The translations under genes were made by a program, and so were the position numbers. Shown here piece after piece: positions 23,085-35,825 of a DNA stretch of 64,000 nt. The notes under the pieces were generated by a model that had not been told where the DNA came from, searched no databases, and worked only from the letters and a program-made list of their open reading frames with translations. The stretch's first letter is position 1. The number at the start of each line of letters is the position of its first letter. Source of the stretch: Octopus bimaculoides (Eukaryota); NCBI RefSeq assembly GCF_001194135.2, contig NC_068989.1, positions 43,473,569 to 43,537,568 on the forward strand. Direction: 5' to 3'.

Positions 23085-23219
23085 GTGCCGACTACATAAA
23101 CAAACGATTCTGAAACAATTAATTCTAACCCTAACCCTCACCCTAGGGTTAGGGTTAAAGCAAATTTAAAATGAAAAAAGCAAATAAAACGAAGAATCGT
23201 TTGTTTATGTAGTCGGCAC
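23085..23219. mobile_element. Short foldback element with telomere-like core
   Basis: Perfect 27-bp inverted repeat (23085-23111 / 23193-23219) around CTAACCCTAACCCTCACCCTAGGGTTAGGGTTA; followed by TTAA. Confidence 0.7.
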
Positions 23220-23538
23220 TTAATTTCAACCAATCACTGACGTCCATTCAGTCGATATACATTATCGAAATAAGACAATTTTTTACATGAAATAAATTCG
23301 AATACAAAAATATTTTTCTGTTCTATAACACAAAATAGATAAGTATACAAAGTTTGAAAGTCTTTCCGTACCAAAAACACTACGTAAAACATTAATGAAA
23401 AATGTGGCCCCCGTTTTAAAAAAGATCCAAAAGTAGATTTAAGGATGGTTGAAAGTTCTAATGATAGGATTTTCTATTTTGTATGTGTAGGTTGAGTTTC
23501 ATTGTGTCAAGAGTAAAATTTTTATCTTAACTGCATTA

Positions 23539-23609
23539 GTGAATACAGGACAGGTGAATACAGGACAGGTGAATACAGAACAGGTGAATACAGGACCGGT
23601 GAATACAGG
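23539..23609. repeat. 15-bp tandem minisatellite (GTGAATACAGGACAG, about 4.7 copies)
   Basis: Read directly from the sequence; no spacers between units. Confidence 0.95.
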
Positions 23610-23899
23610 TCATTTATTGATACACTTAAATATCCATTTTTAGAAACAGTTCAAGAGACTTACTAACACATAGTTTTGTGTAAACTATAGATCCTTATTT
23701 ATTGACTAACTGTGGATGATTCCATATTTAACAAGAAAAGATGACTAGGATGGAAACAAGGAACACTGCATTTACAAATTTTCTAAAAGATGTTCCTTCA
23801 ACATTTATGAGCAGCAAAACCATGTCAAGTAATAAATCCAACACAAGCAACAAAGAAATATCAAACTAGAGATTTGTATATTATTTGTAAAAGATTCAT

Positions 23900-24118
23900 T
23901 TAACCCTTTAGCATTCAAACCAGCCATATCCGACCCAATACTCCACATGTTCTATGTTCAAACTGGCTATATGTGGCCTCATCCTACAATGTCATTCCAC
24001 AAGTAAACAATCACATCATCAAAATTTCAAAACTTTGAGGTAATGCATGGTTAATTCAAAACAATCTGAATAAATAAGCATTACATTTGATAGAGTAATC
24101 TGAATGCTAAAAGGTTAA
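23900..24118. mobile_element. piggyBac-like TTAA MITE (family G)
   Basis: TTAACCCTTTAGCATT ... AATGCTAAAAGGTTAA. Confidence 0.85.
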
Positions 24119-24845
24119 TCAATTAATTAGTTGACTAGCATTTTATTACTAAAAAAGAATATCTTATTAAACCTTATTCAACACTTTGAAAATTTCTTGT
24201 TAATATCAGAGAGAATGTAACCATCCTTTGTAATATCACTTCATTACAAATTAGTGTCATAATAATTCAGTTAGTTCTAAATATTTAACTATTAAGTCTA
24301 TGTATTCCTGTGATTTATTAGGACACACAAACCAATCTCTACTCAGATGTGTAAAGTAGCTAATAATCCCTTATACATATCTATGTAGCTGTCCTCAAAA
24401 GCAATTAATTTGTAATCACCACATTCTCATGAGCTTGTAATGCTAACTACTTAGGTTTATCCACTTCAGTGAGGAATACACACATTTCTGTGATGAGGCA
24501 GCAATGTACTCCACCCAGTATCATTGCATCCTCACCATTTGGCAGTGGGAGACAGAGAGAGAGAAACCAACCTCAGGAGAGATGTAAAGCAAAGTTGATG
24601 ATGGTGGGAGTTAAGCTCAAAACACAAAAAGCTGGAACAAATACAAGGCATTTGTCCAACCATTCAAGATTTTTCCAATTAATCAACCTTGACATCAATG
24701 CTAATTAACAATCACATTTCATCTAAGTGAGTAAGTGCCAATTCATTTAATCATTATTGCCTGTTCCTTATTGTTTCATGTATCAATTCGTTTCAATAAG
24801 CATCATTTCAAAAATTGATTGAAGAAATTTTTTTTAAAACTCAAC

Positions 24846-24874
24846 CAGGGCCTGCTTCTTCTGGGAAGTCACCA
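24846..24874 (-). CDS. Candidate penultimate exon of the CG13380-like gene (29 nt)
   Basis: Strong acceptor TTTCTCTTCTATGTCCCATTTCAG|, frame VTSQKKQAL ends in phase 0 and would join AANEFPGC; the donor (CTG|GTTGAG) is weak. Confidence 0.3.
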
Positions 24875-25154
24875 CTGAAATGGGACATAGAAGAGAAACA
24901 ACAACATAATGTAATCAGGAACAACAACATAATGTAACTAATTGGCCAGATCTAGCCTCGCACACCAACCCTACAATATCATTCTAAAAATTAACAGTTA
25001 CCTCATCAAAATCTCAAAGCCACAAAATACATAATTCAAAACATTAATTTAGACAGAATGTGAATGCTAAAGTGTCAACCTTACATTACCCTGATCCTCA
25101 ACCTTCTCTCTCTTATAGCTAATATCACACAAGCCAACAAAGGATCCTCTATAC

Positions 25155-25373
25155 CAGTGGCTCTCAACTGGGGTCCATAGAAGATTTTGTTGTTAAAAAT
25201 TATGTGCAATAAATCAGTTATACTTATGCAATACACAAGGCATTTTAACAATTTTTTTTATACAATTCCTTTTTTTTTTGTTTTTTTTGAAAGCCTCAAA
25301 TGGTTATGTAGGTCCAGAACAGTAAAATAGAAATCAAAAGGGGCAACAGGCAAAAATTGGTTGGGAACCACTG
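25155..25373. mobile_element. hAT (Charlie-like) MITE
   Basis: Termini CAGTGGCTCTCAAC ... GTTGGGAACCACTG; 8-bp flanks only partly matching. Confidence 0.7.
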
Positions 25374-26481
25374 CTGAATATAGTTGCTTGCCCTGCTCTA
25401 AATAGCAGTTAAATCTTCCTGAAGACCCACCATCTCAAAAAGAGGATAGATATTTCATAGTACAATGTTAGATACATACGATGCCCAAGAAAAAAAAACC
25501 AGGGTGGGCACATAGACAATGTATGTCTGTCTGGTCAATCAGAGCCAACCTGATGTTGACAACAATAATCAGTATCATAACCTGATTAAAATCAATATCA
25601 TATTGTTCATTGTAAAGAAAATATTTGGAGAGGTAATTTGGCAGGCAATCATATTCAATGTGAAGCGCATCAGTTCTCAGGAGGCTGATAGATTAGTTTA
25701 TGAAATAAATTATTCAGAAGTTAAATTATTAGGAGAAAGATATTTGCTCTCTTCTCCAAAAAAGGGAAAACTTACAGAATAAAGTATGGTGGTAGTGGTG
25801 ATAGGGGCACCATGTGTGCATTTGTTATTATCTCTATTCATCTGTATGTGTTTACCCAAGATATTTCTGTCATCATTCCCCTCTCCAGTTATGAAGGCTG
25901 GAAACCAATAATGATGACTTTCTGACCAGTAAACTGATAAACTTCCTCCACCTCTTCACTAACTTCCATCAAAACAAACGATAGTTATTTCCCAGGTTAT
26001 GTCTGTTAGTATCTATGTGAATGAACTGTTATTTCAGCCGGGTGAAAAAAAAAGTAGAGTGCACGTGCATGTGTGTGTGTGTGTGTGTGTAGTGCATACA
26101 CCCCTCTGCTTGTGTGGTGAGGGAAATAACAAAGGTGGCTAGACACAATATAAAACCAGAAAGGAAAAATTTAATTGTCACACATTGTGACTGTGGGTGC
26201 ATGGTAGCACCAACAGTGCAAGAAATAAGAGTCCAAGACCCTTATAGCTACAAGCACGGCACAAGTCTACATACTGACAGGTGAGTTAACTGTCCCACAG
26301 TTAAGCTAGGGGACTATGTTGGCAAGCCAATTTCACTTGAGATTAAAGCTCATCAGCAGTATTACTCCATCACTGACAGTTAAGTCAAATCCAGCCTGTC
26401 AGTATATAGAATTTACCATAGGAGCCAATGGCTGACTCAGCAAAATAATGGATATGTAGCAGAGACTGTTTTTGAAACAAG

Positions 26482-26517
<36 letters not shown>

Positions 26518-26962
26518 NNNNNNNNNNNNNNNNNNNNNNNNNNNGATTCTTTATGTGAATTTGTGTGTTGAAGCATATTTTATTGTGTCTGGGGTGAGTC
26601 ATTCTTTTTTAGTGCCCTTGTTTAACACTCACCTGTTTGATTTCCACTCATTTTTTTTGCCTAAAATTTTCATTGCGTCTTGCAACTTTATCAATAGTCG
26701 TTGACTGTCAGTTACCAGAGCTGTGTTCTTTTTGTTTGTGCGCATGTGTATACACATGCATATGTATGTAAGTCTGTATGCATGTATGTGTATGCATTTC
26801 TGTACATTAAGTATGTATTTTGCATATTCATGTGCTTATGTGTTCATGTTTGTGTGTTTCTATGTGTGTGTGTGTGTGTGTTTCTCTGTGTATATGTCTT
26901 TGTGTGTGTGTGTGTGTGTGTATGTGTGTGTGTGTTTCTATGTATGTGTGTGTGTGTGTGTG

Positions 26963-27002
<40 letters not shown>

Positions 27003-27078
27003 CCCGTGGGCATATGGTGTAGTGGTTAAGAGCGTGGGTTACCAACCCAAAGATTCCAAGTTCAATTTCAGGCAGTGA

Positions 27079-27119
<41 letters not shown>
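27003..27119 (+). mobile_element. Short tRNA-derived SINE family C with (AAT)n tail
   Basis: A-box TGGTGTAGTGGTT, B-box GTTCAATTTC, followed by a (TAA)n tail running into a gap. Confidence 0.7.
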
Positions 27120-27120
<1 letters not shown>

Positions 27121-27323
27121 NNNNNNNNNNNNNNNNNNNNNNNNNNNNNNNNNNNNNNNNNNNNNNNNNNNNNNNNNNNNNNNNNNNNNNNNNNNNNNNN
27201 NNNNNNNNNNNNNNNNNNNNNNNNNNNNNNNNNNNNNNNNNNNNNNNNNNNNNNNNNNNNNNNNNNNNNNNNNNNNNNNNNNNNNNNNNNNNNNNNNNNN
27301 NNNNNNNNNNNNNNNNNNNNNNN

Positions 27324-27550
27324 TTTACTGCTAACAAGGGGCTACACACAGAGGGGACAAACAAGAACAGACAAATAAATTAAGTTGATTACATCAACTC
27401 CAGTCTGTAACTGGTACTTAATTTATCGACCCCCGAAAGGATGAAAGGCAAAGCCGACCTCGGCGGAATTTGAACTCAGAACATAAAGACAGATGAAATG
27501 CCGCTAAGCATTTCGCCCGGCATGCTAACGTTTCTGCCAGCTCGCCACCT
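27324..27550 (-). mobile_element. SINE family B, near full length
   Basis: Matches 31911-32142 and 35594-35825 in reverse orientation. Confidence 0.9.
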
Positions 27551-27840
27551 ATTTTGGCATAGTTTCTCTGGCTGAATGCCCTCCCTCAAGCCAATCACTT
27601 AGAGTGTACCAAGTGTATAGTATCTTGGTATCAGCACTAGACAAAAGAACTTTCTTACTTTATGTTATCAATTTATTTCAGAAAACACAACAGAGAATAA
27701 GGCAGGAATATATGAGTGAGGAGGAAGTGGGAGTGATGGAAGAGACAGTGATAGACAGCTTCGTGCTGGTTGTTGGTAAAGAGATTGAGTAAAAAGAAAC
27801 ATGAATGGAAGTGATGAGAGAGGAAGTGATAGATATTAAT

Positions 27841-28224
27841 GTTGTTGGCACTCCGTCGCTTACGACATCGAGGGTTCCAGTTGATCCGATCAACGGAACA
27901 GCCTGCTTGTGAAATTAACGTGCAAGTGGCTGATCAATCCACAGACACGTGTACCCTTAACGTAGTTCTCGGGGATATTCAGCGTGACACAGTGTGACAA
28001 GGCTGGCTCCTTTGAAATACAGGTACAACAGAAACAGGAAGAAAGAGTGAGAGAAGGTTGTGGTGGAAGAGTACAGCAGGGTTCGCTACCATACCATGCC
28101 GGAGCGTCGTGGAGCTTTAGGTGTTTTCGCTCAATAAACACTCACAACGCCCGGTCTGGGAATCGAAACCACGATCCTATGACCGCGAGTCCGCTACCCT
28201 AACCACTTGGCCATTGCGCCTCCA
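27841..28224 (-). mobile_element. tRNA-derived SINE family D, full length with 14-bp TSD
   Basis: TSD TGATAGATATTAAT at 27827-27840 and 28225-28238; tRNA-like head GGCGCAATGGCCAAGTGGTTAGGG...GGTTTCGATTCCC. Confidence 0.92.
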
Positions 28225-28310
28225 TGATAGATATTAATAATGAGTGATGGAATATGTATGAGCTGAAGAGACAGAGGGAGTGTGTGGGCAATGGAAGGCA
28301 ATAAAGATAG

Positions 28311-28354
<44 letters not shown>

Positions 28355-29152
28355 NNNNNNNNNNNNNNNNNNNNNNNNNNNNNNNNNNNNNNNNNNNNNN
28401 NNNNNNNNNNNNNNNNNNNNNNNNNNNNNNNNNNNNNNNNNNNNNNNNNNNNNNAAAGAAAGAAAAGGAGAAAAGAAAAGAAAAAAGAGAAATGAAAAAG
28501 AAAGAAAAGGAGAAAAGAAACAAAAATATAATCCTAACAAAGAGCCAAAATTTATCTTGATTTCTCACAACACTCAGCCTCCAGATTGCCTTATCCAGTA
28601 GACTATTAAAAGATGCTCCTTGGCATGGTGTATCTGGGATTACCTTATCCAATGTACCATTTCCTTTTCAAGGTGGTAAAGGGAGATTTGAAGAAAAATT
28701 AGCTGCTATTTCTAGCAAGTTAAGCAACCATATTTAGGCTTTTCTATATGAACCCACACAAGTATAGAGAGCGAGTATACAGAAGAAAACCAGAAAGTAT
28801 TTTCTGACAATTCTTACCTTTTGTTTTTTCCCTATTATATTCATTGGCAATGTAGATTAAATATTTTCCCCTAGCAAATACCACCAGGTACTACTGACTG
28901 TTCACACATTTACCTTCAACTCAGTAGTAAGCATCACAAAGATGTTAAGTACTGAACCATTTAAGTGAGAACAGAATGTAACCAACCAGGTTCATATTTT
29001 TATAAATACTATGTGAATGAAAGGTAAAACTAAAGCTGAAGAGAAATTGAAATCACGTCTGACATAATTAGTTAAATACTATTCACCCACTGCTGCCTCA
29101 AGCATTTATGTTGGGCCTCTGCCAATAGTTGTCAGTACTTCTTCTGAGATGA

Positions 29153-29183
<31 letters not shown>

Positions 29184-29373
29184 GTGTTTCAGTAAACATC
29201 TTTTTTTTGTCATCTTATAGGAGGAAAGGCAATGCCCATCATGACCCTTTAAGGGACCACCAAGAATGAAGTGAGGAAACCAGAGACATGGCCTGAATGC
29301 ATGCAAAAGAGTAGACACTGCTAAAAGCACCTGAGGTACCAGGTGATAGTGTTAAGCCAGGCAATGGGTTAAC

Positions 29374-29592
29374 TAAACCATTAGCATTCACATTCTTTTG
29401 TCAAAAGTAACACTTATTTATTCACATGGTTTTGAAATAATCATGCATTTTCATGTAGCTTTAAGATTTTGATGGAGAAAACTTAGGTTTTAGAATGTTG
29501 TAGGGTTGCTGTGAGAGGCCAGATCTCACCAGTATGAACATAAAACAGAATATTTTGGACGGATATGGTCAGTTTAAATGCTAAAGGGTTAA
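29374..29592. mobile_element. piggyBac-like TTAA MITE (family G)
   Basis: Intact right end AATGCTAAAGGGTTAA, degenerate left end. Confidence 0.75.
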
Positions 29593-30739
29593 GTTTAGCA
29601 TTAACCCTTTGGGACATGGTGGGACTGAACTCCTACTGCAAAGAGCAGGGGCAAATACAAGGCATCTGACCCAATGCTCTTAATTTTACCAATCTACCAC
29701 CTTTGAAAGGTACATTTTTTTCTTTTTGTTTTTGTTAAAATCAATCCTGAAAGGTTGGAAGGTCAAGTTGATCTCAGCATGATTTGAAGTCAGAGAACAA
29801 AGTCAGAACAAATACTATGGCGTATTCTTATATTCTGTCTGACACTCTACAGACTGCCAGTTCACCACTCCTGTATATATTCATTCTTATTTGTTCTTAT
29901 TCCAATCCTCAACTCCCAGATCTCCATTTCTGCTCTCATTGTTCTCTCTCCTATTCCTCTCTGCCATCTTTACACCTCTCAAGTTGCCTGTGTTCATGCA
30001 AGGTCTCTAGTGTTGATTGATACTCAGACAGAACCCACCACCCTGCTCACCCCAAGTTAATGCTAAGCCTCCCTACTGCTTGTGCCAAAGACAAAAAATA
30101 AATAAAAATGCATCTAGTACAACAATACTAGTATAATCTAGTAAAGCAGACATAATGATGATGAAGTTATCAACATACAACATACAAAAGATGATGATAA
30201 TAATCATAATAATAATAATAGTTTTCAAATTTTGGAACAAACCTAGCAATGTAATCAACTTAACCCAGGAAGGAGTCAATTAGGTACTTATTTTACTAAC
30301 CCCTGAAAGGATGAAAGACAAAAATAAACGTAAAAGACAGAGGCCACTAAACATTTTGCCCAGCATGCTAACAATTCTGCCAGCTCACCATCTAATACCT
30401 ATAAGCATTTAAATTAAACCTAATAACAAAAATCAATAATGGCAATGCTCCAGCATGACCACAGCCTTTGGTCTGGAATACAAAGATAAAAGCGCAACAG
30501 CCACTGCTATATCCTAACTGAGGTTATTTCGCTCTAACTTTACTATCTAGTGATATGTCTATTAATGCATAAATTTATAAATCTTCATTCAATTGTGCTT
30601 TCAATTTGAATACACAAATGCAGAATAATATAGAACGTGCCACATTTTTCTCATGTTAACCTTTTCGCTTTTTTTTTTTCACTGATTCCACTATTTCCGT
30701 TTCTTTACCTCCCCTTCTTCCCACTTCTCTCGTTCTCTG

Positions 30740-30957
30740 AGATAGAGAGATATGTATAGCAATAGAGATAGAGTGAGAGAGATAGAGACAGAAAGAGTGA
30801 GAGAGATAGAGACAGAAAGAGTGAGAGAGATAGAGACAGAAAGAGTGAGAGAGACACAGAGAGAGAGACACAGAGAGAGAGACACAGAGAGAGACAGAGA
30901 GAGACAGACAGATAGAAACAGAGAGACAGAAACAGAGAGACAAGGACAGAGAGAGAC

Positions 30958-30990
<33 letters not shown>

Positions 30991-31407
30991 CAAAGACAGA
31001 GAGACAGAGACAGAGAGACAAAGACAGAGAGACAAAGACAGAGAGACAAAGACAGAGAGAGACAGATAGAAACAGAGAGACAGGGACAGAGAGACAAGGA
31101 CAGAGAGACAAAGACAGAGAGAGAGACAGAGAGAGACAGAGAAACAGGGACAGAGAAACAGGGACAGAGAGAGACAGAGACANNNNNNNNNNAGGACAGA
31201 GAGACAAAGACAGAGAGAGAGACAGAGAGAGACAGAGAAACAGGGACAGAGAAACAGGGACAGAGAGAGACAGAGACAGAGAGACAAAGACAGAGAGAGA
31301 CAAAGACAGAGAGACAGAGAGAGAGAGACAGAGAGAGAGAGATAGAGAAACAGAGACAGAGAGAGAAAGACGGACAGAAAGAGAGAGAGAGACAGAGACA
31401 GACAGAC

Positions 31408-31440
<33 letters not shown>

Positions 31441-31472
31441 CCGAGATAGAGACAGAGAGACAGAGACAGACT
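30740..31472. repeat. Compound GA/GAGACA microsatellite (purine-rich strand)
   Basis: About 730 bp of AG, AGAC and AGAGAC units with a 24-bp higher-order unit at the left end. Confidence 0.95.
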
Positions 31473-31759
31473 GATTCCTTTCCATTGAGTTATTACCACC
31501 CTTTGTGTAACAGAAAACACAGATCACAGGTACAATGAAAATAAGAATAACAATAAAATAAGGGATATCCAAGTAAATTCATCTCAGACATACAGAGCAG
31601 TTATATTAAAATCTTGTATATTTACTTCCAAGAATTCATGCAAGAGCAGTCCTCTAGGAAATCATACTGGAAGTCATGTTTTAATACTATTAATTAGAAG
31701 TATTAGTAGCAACCATAGTATATATCTGATACTTTATTTTTCTCAAAATACAATATATA

Positions 31760-32403
31760 GGTGCAGGCATGGCTGTGTGGTAAGAAGTTTGCTTCCCAAC
31801 TACATGATTCCAGGTTCAGTCCCACAGTGTGACATCTTGAGCAAGTGACTTCTATTAAAGCCTCATGTTGACCAAAGCTTTGTGAGTAGATTTGGTAGAC
31901 AGAAACTGAAAGGCGGCGAGCTGGCAGAAACGTTAGCACGCCGGGCAAAATGCTTAGCGGTATTTCGTCTACCGTTACATTCTGAGTTCAAATTCCGCCG
32001 AGGTCGACTTTGCCTTTCATCCTTTCGGAGTTGATAAATTAAGTACCAGTTACGCACTGGGGTCGATGTAATCAACTTAATCCCTTTGTCTGTCCTTGTA
32101 TGTCCCCTCTATGTTTAGCCCCTTGTGGGTAATGAAGAAATAAGAAACTGAAAGAACCCTGTCGTTTGTGTGTATATGTATGTGTGTGTGTGTGTGTGTC
32201 TGCGTTTGTCCCCCACTGCCAACTGACAACCAGTCTTGGTGTGTTTATGTCCCCATAACTTAGTATTCCTGTAAAAGACTGATAGAATAATAAGTACCAG
32301 GTTTAACAAGCAAATGAGTATTGGGGTCGATTAGTTGGAATAAAATTCCTCAAGGCGGTGCCCCAGCATGGCCGCAGTCTAATGACTGAAACAAGTAAAA
32401 GAT
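31760..32403 (+). mobile_element. SINE family A interrupted by SINE-B
   Basis: SINE-A head at 31760, resumes at 32143 after the SINE-B insert, tail GAAACAAGTAAAAGA near 32400. Confidence 0.9.
31911..32142 (+). mobile_element. SINE family B nested in SINE-A, TSD AGAAACTGAA(AG)
   Basis: Direct repeat at 31901-31910 and 32143-32152. Confidence 0.95.
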
Positions 32404-34094
32404 ACCAATCAAGTACAAGTAGTTGATACAATCCTCTCCAGAAACATGGCCTTGTAGCCATGTTAGAAATCCAACATTAGATGAGCTAATATATTAAGTA
32501 TTAGCAATGAGAGTAGAAAAAAAGTTTCAGAGAGAACAAAAATTAAATGATACAAACTGCCACTAGAATGTTATGGCTAGTGACACACATGACATTTTGT
32601 TTGACTAAACAGCACAAGGCCAAATTTTATAGCAAGAGATTATATAGTTTTTGTTACATCAACAACAATGCATTACTTACTACTAGCTTTTATAACAAAG
32701 AAATGACAAGCAACTATGAACTGGTGAGAACATTTGTGTGGTTAAGAAGTTCACTTCTCAACTGAATAGCTTTGTCTCAGTGTTTTCTACTATCGCCCCA
32801 AGCTGGTCAAGGCCTTGCGAGTGGATTTGGTAAAGAAAAACCTAAAGAAATCTGTTGTATACATGTGTGTGAGTCTGTACTTCCTCAGTACTTCACACGC
32901 ATGCATGTTCACTGGTTGTAAACAATAGCTTTGCTGAGAGTGTTTGTTTGCAGCCCACTGCAAAAGGATGTCCCCAAGATACTTAACAGATCTTGACATG
33001 TTGTACAATCTTTATAACAACAGATTCATTCATACATTATTTGTTTCCAGTTCTCTGCATAAATATGCCAAGGGTGTTTACTGCTTGACAGACAGGGAGA
33101 TTATCACTTCACTATTTAAAGTGGGATTTGGAAACAAGAAGTGTAACCAGCTCTAGAAAATTGTGTTCCAACAATACTCTTTTCTTTTTTTACTCTAGGC
33201 ACAAGGCCCGAAATTTCTGGGAAGAGGGGGGGGGCAGTCGATTAGATCGACCCAGTATGCAACTGGTACTTAATTTATGACCCCAAAAGGATGAAAGGCA
33301 AAGTCGACCTCGGTGGAATTTGAACTCAGAATGTAAAGACAGACAAAATACCACTAAGCATTTCGCCTGGCATGCTAAATTCCAACAATACTCTTGACTG
33401 ACCAATGCAAGCATGGAAAAGTAGACGTTAAAATGATTATGATGATGATACCAATCTTAACATTTCCTTTATGACCAGCTTAATAGAAGAGGACAGGTAT
33501 CACATTCAGCTGAATCAGTCACAGTGTATTATTACTTGGCACTTAACTTCATCCGATTTACTAAGTGACAATCTGCTGATGTTGACTTTATATAACAGGA
33601 GTATCACTCATGTGGCAAAGTTTAGTCTTATCCTGAGGGTTCAATTTTACAAAATTTCAAAATTTTATAATATTCTGTAAAATAATAATATATTTTATAG
33701 TATTCCGTAAAATAAGTATGAGCATACATTCACATTGGTGCCCAATTAGTCATGATTAACACTAATTCTGACTAGTAAAATCAGTGAACCTAGTCGCTTC
33801 AACCAATTAAAAATAAATCTTAATTTGTATACTGAAAGATGTGACTTATTTTCCCTTCCCTGTGTCTATACATACTAAACTGGGTGAAACAGAAATTTCC
33901 CTTTTCTTCCTCTGTTCTCATTCTAAAGAATCATAATAGAATTTGTATAAATACCAAGAGATGAGTTTTCCCAACACTTCATACACCTCATATTCTAGGC
34001 CCCTTTACTATTTACTTTGGTCAACATTATGAATAGGATTTTTAGTACTAAATGTACTTCTTCAGCAATGAAATCTGGTTTATGCTTCAATGAG

Positions 34095-34155
34095 ACCAAA
34101 CTAGTTTGATGCAAGTAAAACTAGTTTCATGCAAGACCAAACTAGTTTCATGCCC
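34095..34155. repeat. About 20-bp tandem repeat x3 (AAACTAGTTTCATGCAAGACC-like)
   Basis: Three AAACTAGTTT cores about 20 bp apart, upstream of the transposase-like ORF. Confidence 0.8.
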
Positions 34156-34575
34156 CTGTCATATACCATCTCTCTTCAGAGTACTTTAGATATTTAGTCT
34201 GGCTAATTACCATTTCTGTCAACACCTCTCAGCTATCTAAAGTCAACATTAGGGATACAACTTTTTAATTTTCCTCAAAAACAATTTCCTGTATCATATT
34301 TAGATGAGTTTTAATGCACAAGTAACTAAAGTGAATTCACTTTTGAGCTATCTTTAAAAGGTTCACTCATGAATCCACATTTGCATTCTTATGCAAAACT
34401 TGTTTGAATAAGGGTATGGTTGCATAGCACTCTTGGCTTTCAATAAATTCTTAGCATTTATAAGACTTCAGTGGTGATTAGACTGTATTGCTGAGTTATC
34501 ATCCTTAGTCATAAAGCAAATAATCAAGTTCTTCCACTTTCACCCTTCTTGTTTCTGTTTCAGTATTAGTTCTGC

Positions 34576-35552
34576 ATGACTTCTAGCAGCATGTCATTCA
34601 AGAAAAGCTTCAAAGTTGTTCACAAGAACAAGGAGAAATGGAGAAATTTGTTGCAGTTCCAGTCCCATTCATCTAGCCAGCAAGAAGCCGAATATCACTC
34701 AAAAAGTAGATTGTTGGTCGGTACCAGTTTCTTGGAAAATCAATTAAAGGCAGAAAGGAGAGTGGCAGAATTATCAAGAGAGAGGACACTACTGTGGAGA
34801 GATAAACTTAATTTTCCAATCATTTCCAAGAAAGCAATACGGTCCAAGCTCGAAAGTGTGCTTCGTTTGTATGACAAATGTGCCAAGAAAGGAGAATTTG
34901 AATCATTAGAAGAACTGTTCGGTATCACCAAAGTCCATGGTGAATGGCTCAATGCTGATGACAAAAAACTGTACTGCATCCAACTCCAAAGCAAGGGCAA
35001 AGTGGGCTATTCAACAGGCAAAGCTGCAAGCAAACACACTATCTATCCTTCCAAGAGAAGATGTTCTTATGCTGAAGCCACCCATTCTTTATCAAACCCA
35101 ACAGCCTTGGATACTGACGGTGACTCTGAAGAGATTGACAAATACAATTATGCTGAAGATGACAAAGTTGATCAAAATGATAGTGATAGTAATGGCACCT
35201 ATTCCTCTACAAGAAGGCACAACAAATCTGCAATTGGTGTGGAACAAACACATCTACCAACAAAACTGAGAAAATCTGCAAACAGTTGTCAGAGGAAGGC
35301 ACTGATATTCCAGCTCATAGTCAGCGAAGCATTTACAAGGCACTCTTCAAGGAAACTGGTGAAATGAAGAATCACTTGATCAATACGCTACGCAATCAGA
35401 AATGGAGCCTGCATTGCAATGGTAAACATATTGACAGAAATGAATATCAAGTGGTTGCCATAAAGAATGGAACAAGTGAAATCAAGCTGGCTGCTCTGAA
35501 GCTGTATGATGGTAAGGCTGAAACCATTGCAGAAGGATTGAAAAGTGTCTTG
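34576..35552 (+). pseudogene. DNA-transposon transposase N-terminal part, family unassigned (possibly hAT-related, hATm-like)
   Basis: 263-codon ORF, frameshift near 35240, then TSTNKTEKICKQLSEEGTDIPAHSQRSIYKA...WSLH(C)(N)GK...EIKLAALKLYDGKAETIAEGLKSVL. This resembles the LHxDGK first-catalytic-Asp region of a widespread invertebrate transposase group; the Asp is changed to Asn and the protein is truncated. Confidence 0.6.
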
Positions 35553-35593
35553 ATTTTCATTGCCGCCGAGCAAAAGCTTATCAGAATATGATA

Positions 35594-35825
35594 AAGGCGG
35601 CGAGCTGGCAGAAACATTGCCCGGCCGGGCGAAATGCTTAGCGGTATTTCGTCTGCCGTTACATTCTGAGTTCAAATTCTGCCGAGGTCGACTTTGCCTT
35701 TCATCCTTTCGGGGTCGATAAATTAAGTACCAGTTACGCATTGGGGTCGATGTGATCGACTTAATCCCTTTGTCTTCCTTGTTTGTCCTCTCTATGTTTA
35801 GCCCCTTGTGGGCAATAAAGAAATA
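35594..35825 (+). mobile_element. SINE family B, young full-length copy, 11-bp TSD
   Basis: TSD AGAATATGATA at 35583-35593 and 35826-35836; CpGs retained. Confidence 0.95.

Noticed and set aside
23539-23609. Short regular repeat as a CRISPR array
   Set aside because: 15-bp units are contiguous with no spacers, no cas genes, eukaryotic context.
27003-28224. tRNA-like sequences at SINE heads as tRNA genes
   Set aside because: No complete cloverleaf/acceptor stem; each continues into a SINE body and tail.
30656-31572. 200-290 aa Ser/Leu/Cys-rich ORFs, and similar ones at 26701-27078, 57400-57995, 63607-63991
   Set aside because: Translations of GA, CA and GATA/GACA microsatellites.
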